A stretch of 64,000 nucleotides of DNA. It comes from Dehalococcoidia bacterium (GTDB lineage Bacteria; Chloroflexota; Dehalococcoidia; Dehalococcoidales; Fen-1064). The translations under genes were made by a program, and so were the position numbers. Positions 59,737 through 64,000 of the stretch are shown piece by piece. The DNA lies in NCBI GenBank assembly GCA_011170375.1, contig DUEV01000002.1, positions 263,052 through 327,051 on the forward strand, given 5' to 3'. Under the pieces are notes generated by a model. It was not told the DNA's origin and made no database searches. It was given only the letters and a program-made list of their open reading frames with translations. The first letter of the stretch is position 1, and every line of letters begins with the position of its first letter.

Positions 59737-62700
59737 ATGGCAACCAGTGATAGGACGTACTTCTGGCGGGATAGTGATCCCCTCTGGTACAAGGATGCCG
59801 TAATCTACGAGCTTCACGTCCGGGCCTTCCACGACAGTGATGGTGACGGAATGGGCGATTTCCCGGGACTGACGGAAAAACTGGACTACCTTCAGGACTT
59901 GGGAGTTACTGCGATTTGGCTTCTCCCCTTCTACCCTTCTCCATTCAGGGACGACGGCTACGATGTTTCAGACTACACCGCTGTCCATCCCACATACGGG
60001 ACGCTTCGTGACCTCCGGGTCCTACTTAGGGAAGCTAATTATAGAGGTCTCCGCGTTATTACTGAGATGATTCTTAACCACACGTCAGACCAGCATTCGT
60101 GGTTCCAGCGGGCACGGCGGGCCGAGGCGGGAAGTCCAGGGCGGAATTTCTATGTCTGGAGTAATACCGCAGAAGAATTTAAAGAGGCCCGTATAATTTT
60201 CAAGGATTTCGAGTCATCGAACTGGACATGGGACACTGCGGCCAGAGCCTATTACTGGCACCGTTTCTACTCGCACCAGCCTGACCTCAACTTTCACAAT
60301 CCACTAGTACGACAGGCTGTACTTCGGGCCATTGATTTCTGGCTTTCCATGGGAGTGTCTGGGCTTCGCCTGGATGCAGTGCCCTATCTCTACGAGCGAG
60401 CAGGTACAAACTGCGAGAACCTGCCGGAGACGCACAGCTTTCTGAGGGAACTGCGTCGCCATGTAGATGAACGGTTTACAAACCGTATGCTTCTGGCAGA
60501 GGCAAATCAGTGGTCTGAGGACGCCGTCGCTTACTTTGGCGAAGGCGATGAGTGCCACATGGCCTATCACTTTCCTCTTATGCCACGCATGTTTATGGCT
60601 ATTCGTATGGAGGACCGCTTCCCCATTAATGATATCCTCCAGCATACACCTCTGATTCCTGAGAATTCCCAGTGGGCTCTTTTCCTCCGTAACCACGATG
60701 AGCTTACTCTGGAAATGGTCACTGATGAAGAAAGAGACTATATGTACCGGGTGTATGCCTATGATACTCAAGCCCGGCTTAACCTCGGCATCCGTCGTCG
60801 CCTAGCCCCACTCCTCAACAATGACCGCAAGAAAATCGAGCTTATGAACGGGCTGCTGTTTTCGCTCCCCGGAACGCCGGTTATTTACTATGGTGATGAG
60901 ATTGGCATGGGCGACAATTTCTATCTGGGCGACCGTAACGGCGTGCGCACCCCAATGCAGTGGAGTGCTGACCGTAACGCGGGCTTTTCTCGCACCAATC
61001 CACAGCGTCTATACCTGCCTGTTAATATTGACCCTGAGTACCACTATGAAGCCGTCAACGTGGAAGCCCAGCAGAACAACTCGGACTCTCTCCTCTGGTG
61101 GATGAAACGCCTTATCGCTATGAGAAAGCGCTTCAAAGCCTTTGGTCGCGGGAGCCTTGAGTTCCTTTACCCGGAGAATCGGAAGGTACTGGCTTTCGTC
61201 CGCCGCTACGAGGACGAGACCATCTTGGTGGTGGCCAACCTTTCGCGTTCAGTACAGCATACCAGCCTTAATCTAGCTGAATTTGATGGGAGGGTACCCG
61301 TCGAGGCTTTTGGGCAGGCTGAGTTCCCTCGAATCGGAGAAGCACCGTACTTTTTTACTCTCAGCCCCTACGCTTTCTACTGGTTTTCCTTGAAATCCAG
61401 GCAACCGGAGCTGATTGATTTGCAGACCAGACCAGTAGAGGTTTCAGTACCAACTCTTACGCTCACCAGCGAATGGAAGGACCTGTATAATCGCAGGACG
61501 AGACCAGCTTTAGAAGCGGCGCTATCAGACTATATCAGGCAACGCCGTTGGTTTGGTAGCAAAGCACGACACACCCGTTCAGTGGAGATAGAGGACACTA
61601 TCGCTATGCCCTACAATACTTCAGTGGCTCATCTGGTGCTGGTCAGGATAGAGTACACCGAAGGTGAACCCGAGACTTACCTTCTCCCCATCACCTTTGC
61701 TACGGGGGAGTGGGCGGTTCAGGTCCTTGATAACTCGCCTCAAGCTATCATCGCCCGTCTGAAACTGGGGCGAAAGGGTAGTGAGAAGGAGGGGGTCATT
61801 TACGATGCCATGATAGAGCAGGGTTTTCGCGATACCCTACTCAAGGCCATGACTCGGCGCCGCCGCTTCAAGGGAGAACAAGGAGAACTCGTAACCTCTA
61901 ATATCCCTGCCGTATTTCGCAAGATAGGTGAATCATCACAACAAACCCTGGAATCTGCAGTCCTGCCAGGAGAGCAGAGTAACACTTCGGTAGTCTACGA
62001 CGATAAATTCAAGCTTAAGCTGTTTCGTCGCCTAGAGGAAGGGATCAGCTCCGAACTGGAGATTGGACGCTTTCTCACAGAGAAAGAGCCCTTTCCAAAT
62101 GCCCCTCCGGTAGCCGGATTTCTCGAGTACCGCAGTCATAGGTTGCGTGAGCCAGTAACACTGGGCATCCTTCACGGGTATGTGGACAACGAGGGCAATG
62201 GCTGGGATTACTCACTGGATTCTCTCAAACATTACTTCGAAAGGGTCCTAACGCATCCAGGAGTAGAAGCACCGCTACCGCAGGGAGATTCTTTTGTGGA
62301 TATGAGTGACGATAGTCTCCCAACGATAGCCGAAGAGACTATCGGTCCATACCTGGTCTCGGCTGAGCTTTTAGGCCAACGTACCGCCGAACTCCATATG
62401 ACACTTGCTTCAGCTATTGACGACCCGAACTTCGTTCCTGAGCCGTTCTCAGTAACCTACCAGCGTTCTCTTTATCATGGGATGAGGGGCTTCGCTTTTC
62501 AAGTCCTTCAATTGCTACGCCAGCGCCTGAACCAGTTGCCAGAGGAGGTAAAAGCAGACGCACGTAAGGTACTCAGCCTGGAGGATGCCATCATGGGGCG
62601 TTTCCAGGATTTAACTGGCCGAAGAATTACGGGGATGCGTGTACGCTGCCACGGTGACTACCATCTGGGACAGGTACTCTATACCGGTAACGACTTTGTC

Positions 62701-63162
62701 ATCATCGACTTTGAGGGGGAACCAGCACGGCACCTGGGAGAGCGAAGGATAAAGCGCTCACCCCTCAGGGACGTTGCCGGCATGATACGTTCGTTTCAAT
62801 ACGCTGCCTATGCTGCCCTGCGTGGTCAGGTATCGACCGCACTGAGGCCTGAGGACCTCCCGGTGCTGGAAGAGTGGGCACGGTTCTGGCACCTCTGGGT
62901 CTCCACCACCTACTTGAAGTCCTACCTGCAATTCATGGCAGATATCCCCGTATTGCCCCAGAGCCGAGAAGGTATGAAAGTTATTCTGGACGCCTATCTC
63001 CTTGACAAGGCCATATACGAAGTGAACTACGAACTCAACAATCGTCCGGACTGGGTCGGATTACCGCTTCAGGGGATACTGCAGATGCTGGAGACCCAGG
63101 CAAAGCCTGAGGAGATGGCGGAAGAGGGTCGGGCAAAAGCCGAGCAGAAGGCCGAAAAATGA
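59737..63162 (+). CDS. treS: Trehalose synthase (maltose alpha-D-glucosyltransferase) fused to maltokinase
   Basis: About 1141 aa. The N-terminal GH13 TreS part reads WYKDAVIYELHVRAFHDSDGDGMGDFPG, GLRLDAVPYL, and FLRNHDELTLE. The C-terminal kinase part reads RCHGDYHLGQVLYTGNDFVIIDFEGEP. I prefer the ATG at 59737 over the track TTG at 59728. Confidence 0.9.
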   Translation: MATSDRTYFWRDSDPLWYKDAVIYELHVRAFHDSDGDGMGDFPGLTEKLDYLQDLGVTAIWLLPFYPSPFRDDGYDVSDYTAVHPTYGTLRDLRVLLREANYRGLRVITEMILNHTSDQHSWFQRARRAEAGSPGRNFYVWSNTAEEFKEARIIFKDFESSNWTWDTAARAYYWHRFYSHQPDLNFHNPLVRQAVLRAIDFWLSMGVSGLRLDAVPYLYERAGTNCENLPETHSFLRELRRHVDERFTNRMLLAEANQWSEDAVAYFGEGDECHMAYHFPLMPRMFMAIRMEDRFPINDILQHTPLIPENSQWALFLRNHDELTLEMVTDEERDYMYRVYAYDTQARLNLGIRRRLAPLLNNDRKKIELMNGLLFSLPGTPVIYYGDEIGMGDNFYLGDRNGVRTPMQWSADRNAGFSRTNPQRLYLPVNIDPEYHYEAVNVEAQQNNSDSLLWWMKRLIAMRKRFKAFGRGSLEFLYPENRKVLAFVRRYEDETILVVANLSRSVQHTSLNLAEFDGRVPVEAFGQAEFPRIGEAPYFFTLSPYAFYWFSLKSRQPELIDLQTRPVEVSVPTLTLTSEWKDLYNRRTRPALEAALSDYIRQRRWFGSKARHTRSVEIEDTIAMPYNTSVAHLVLVRIEYTEGEPETYLLPITFATGEWAVQVLDNSPQAIIARLKLGRKGSEKEGVIYDAMIEQGFRDTLLKAMTRRRRFKGEQGELVTSNIPAVFRKIGESSQQTLESAVLPGEQSNTSVVYDDKFKLKLFRRLEEGISSELEIGRFLTEKEPFPNAPPVAGFLEYRSHRLREPVTLGILHGYVDNEGNGWDYSLDSLKHYFERVLTHPGVEAPLPQGDSFVDMSDDSLPTIAEETIGPYLVSAELLGQRTAELHMTLASAIDDPNFVPEPFSVTYQRSLYHGMRGFAFQVLQLLRQRLNQLPEEVKADARKVLSLEDAIMGRFQDLTGRRITGMRVRCHGDYHLGQVLYTGNDFVIIDFEGEPARHLGERRIKRSPLRDVAGMIRSFQYAAYAALRGQVSTALRPEDLPVLEEWARFWHLWVSTTYLKSYLQFMADIPVLPQSREGMKVILDAYLLDKAIYEVNYELNNRPDWVGLPLQGILQMLETQAKPEEMAEEGRAKAEQKAEK

Positions 63163-64000
63163 GTCCTCCTTCGAGTGTTCGCCTCCGTCAACTGGCCCGC
63201 CTCTACGGTGTTCAGACGGCTTACTACGATGTGAATCGCCATCGGCAACAGGCCTCTGAGGAGTCTTTATTGGCGGTACTCCACTCACTGGGAGCTTCAG
63301 TGGCGAGCCTTCAGGATGTACTCTCGGCATGGCGCGAACGAAAACAGGCGCTGTGGCAACGAGTGATGGAGCCGGTTATTGTGGCCTGGACAGGTGAACT
63401 GCCGTTGGTAGTAGTTAGACTTCCCCACAGTAAAGCCAATACCGTCATGAATTGCCATTTGAAGCTGGAAAATGGCGAAGAAAAGCAGTGGCAATGGTTT
63501 GGTTCTGAGGGGAAATTGCTTGAGACGGATGATGTGGAGGGGACAAGGCACGTTGTAAAACAAATGCGGCTGCCAGATGGCCTGCCCCTGGGATATCACC
63601 GGCTCACCGTGGAACTACGAGGTAGACAGGAAGAGAGTCTGGTAATTTCAGCGCCAGTAAAGGCGTATGGTTCATCGACGGGGCTGCGAGAGCGGCAGTG
63701 GGGTGTCTTTATACCTCTGTATGCACTGCACAGCCAAAGAAGCTGGGGGGCCGGCGATTACTCAGACTTAATAGAGCTAACGGAATGGACGGCGGATATG
63801 CGAGGACAGGTGATAGCTACGTTACCTCTGTTACCTACCTTCGTTGACAATATCTCTGGACCCAGCCCTTATCTCCCGGTGAGCCGCCTGTTATGGAACG
63901 AATTCTTTCTGGATATAAACAGGGTCCCAGAGTTGCAGGATTGTCCTCCTGCACAGGCCCTCTTGAAGTCAGCGCCATTTCGAGATGATATTGGAGTGCT
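63159..64000 (+). CDS. malQ: 4-alpha-glucanotransferase (amylomaltase), N-terminal part; continues beyond the window
   Basis: Not in the track because it is open at the window edge. The ATG overlaps the treS-mak stop (ATGA). My own translation: MSPPSSVRLRQLARLYGVQTAYYD...RQWGVFIPLYALHSQRSWGAGDYSDL...PSPYLPVSRLLWNEFFLD, which is typical of MalQ. Confidence 0.8.
   Translation, partial: MSPPSSVRLRQLARLYGVQTAYYDVNRHRQQASEESLLAVLHSLGASVASLQDVLSAWRERKQALWQRVMEPVIVAWTGELPLVVVRLPHSKANTVMNCHLKLENGEEKQWQWFGSEGKLLETDDVEGTRHVVKQMRLPDGLPLGYHRLTVELRGRQEESLVISAPVKAYGSSTGLRERQWGVFIPLYALHSQRSWGAGDYSDLIELTEWTADMRGQVIATLPLLPTFVDNISGPSPYLPVSRLLWNEFFLDINRVPELQDCPPAQALLKSAPFRDDIGV

Noticed and set aside
1-64000. 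CRISPR arrays, IS elements, integrases, prophage genes and rRNA
   Set aside because: Reading both strands, I found no regularly spaced direct repeats. No transposase, integrase or recombinase motifs (DDE, or the tyrosine recombinase R..HxxR..Y) appear in any ORF, and there are no rRNA-like segments. The tRNA-Ala is not followed by an obvious integrated element.

Overview
A 64-kb, roughly 50% GC, densely coding bacterial chromosome segment. All family assignments come from motif recognition in the translated ORFs; no searches were run. Gene content suggests a Chloroflexota/Dehalococcoidia-like or actinobacterial-type anaerobe (inference only): several non-pyrrolysine MttB-family methyltransferases, a DUF5679-like zinc ribbon, a GlgE/TreS-Mak glucan pathway, recurrent TTGACA-N17-TAnnnT promoters, TTG/GTG starts and a leaderless MarR. 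I call about 60 CDS, one tRNA-Ala(UGC), a few promoters, terminators and operators, three short repeat pairs and two gene relics. I found no rRNA, CRISPR array, transposase, integrase or phage genes. Layout: 1-8.2 kb housekeeping genes (tRNA-Ala, TSUP exporter, ychF, DAHP synthase), with an ABC ATPase and ABC-2 permease separated by a visibly lower-GC insert. 9-16 kb: BNR lipoprotein, MarR/flavodoxin/methyltransferase, aldolase plus Zn-ADH, msrB. 16.5-21 kb: GT4, methyltransferase, prenyltransferase-like, methyltransferase and radical-SAM/SPASM cluster. 21-25 kb: MarR, ABC, ABC-2 and MATE efflux block. 25-26.4 kb: gnd-rpiB. 27.4-30.6 kb: 1052-aa HTH-STAND-TPR protein whose last 60 nt recur 1.3 kb downstream. 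32-38.5 kb: hydrolases and a zinc-site-less M50 homolog. 38.6-52.2 kb is the most interesting region. It holds a B12-radical SAM gene, then a nine-gene same-strand cluster: a MetH-activation-like protein, two MttB paralogs, a methyl-THF methyltransferase, a corrinoid protein, a 409-aa SAM methyltransferase, an AsnB-like enzyme with Ser in place of the nucleophile Cys, and an atypical glycyl radical enzyme (Cys loop GCMRW, Gly motif RVAGL) with its activase. I know of no characterised pathway with this combination. 52.2-53.7 kb is an AT-rich stretch with a promoter-to-terminator sRNA-like unit convergent with a 34-aa hydrophobic micro-ORF. 53.7-57.6 kb: paired acyl-CoA dehydrogenases, an orphan TOBE-type ABC ATPase and an acetyl-CoA synthetase relic. 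57.7-64 kb: glgE, fused treS-mak and partial malQ.
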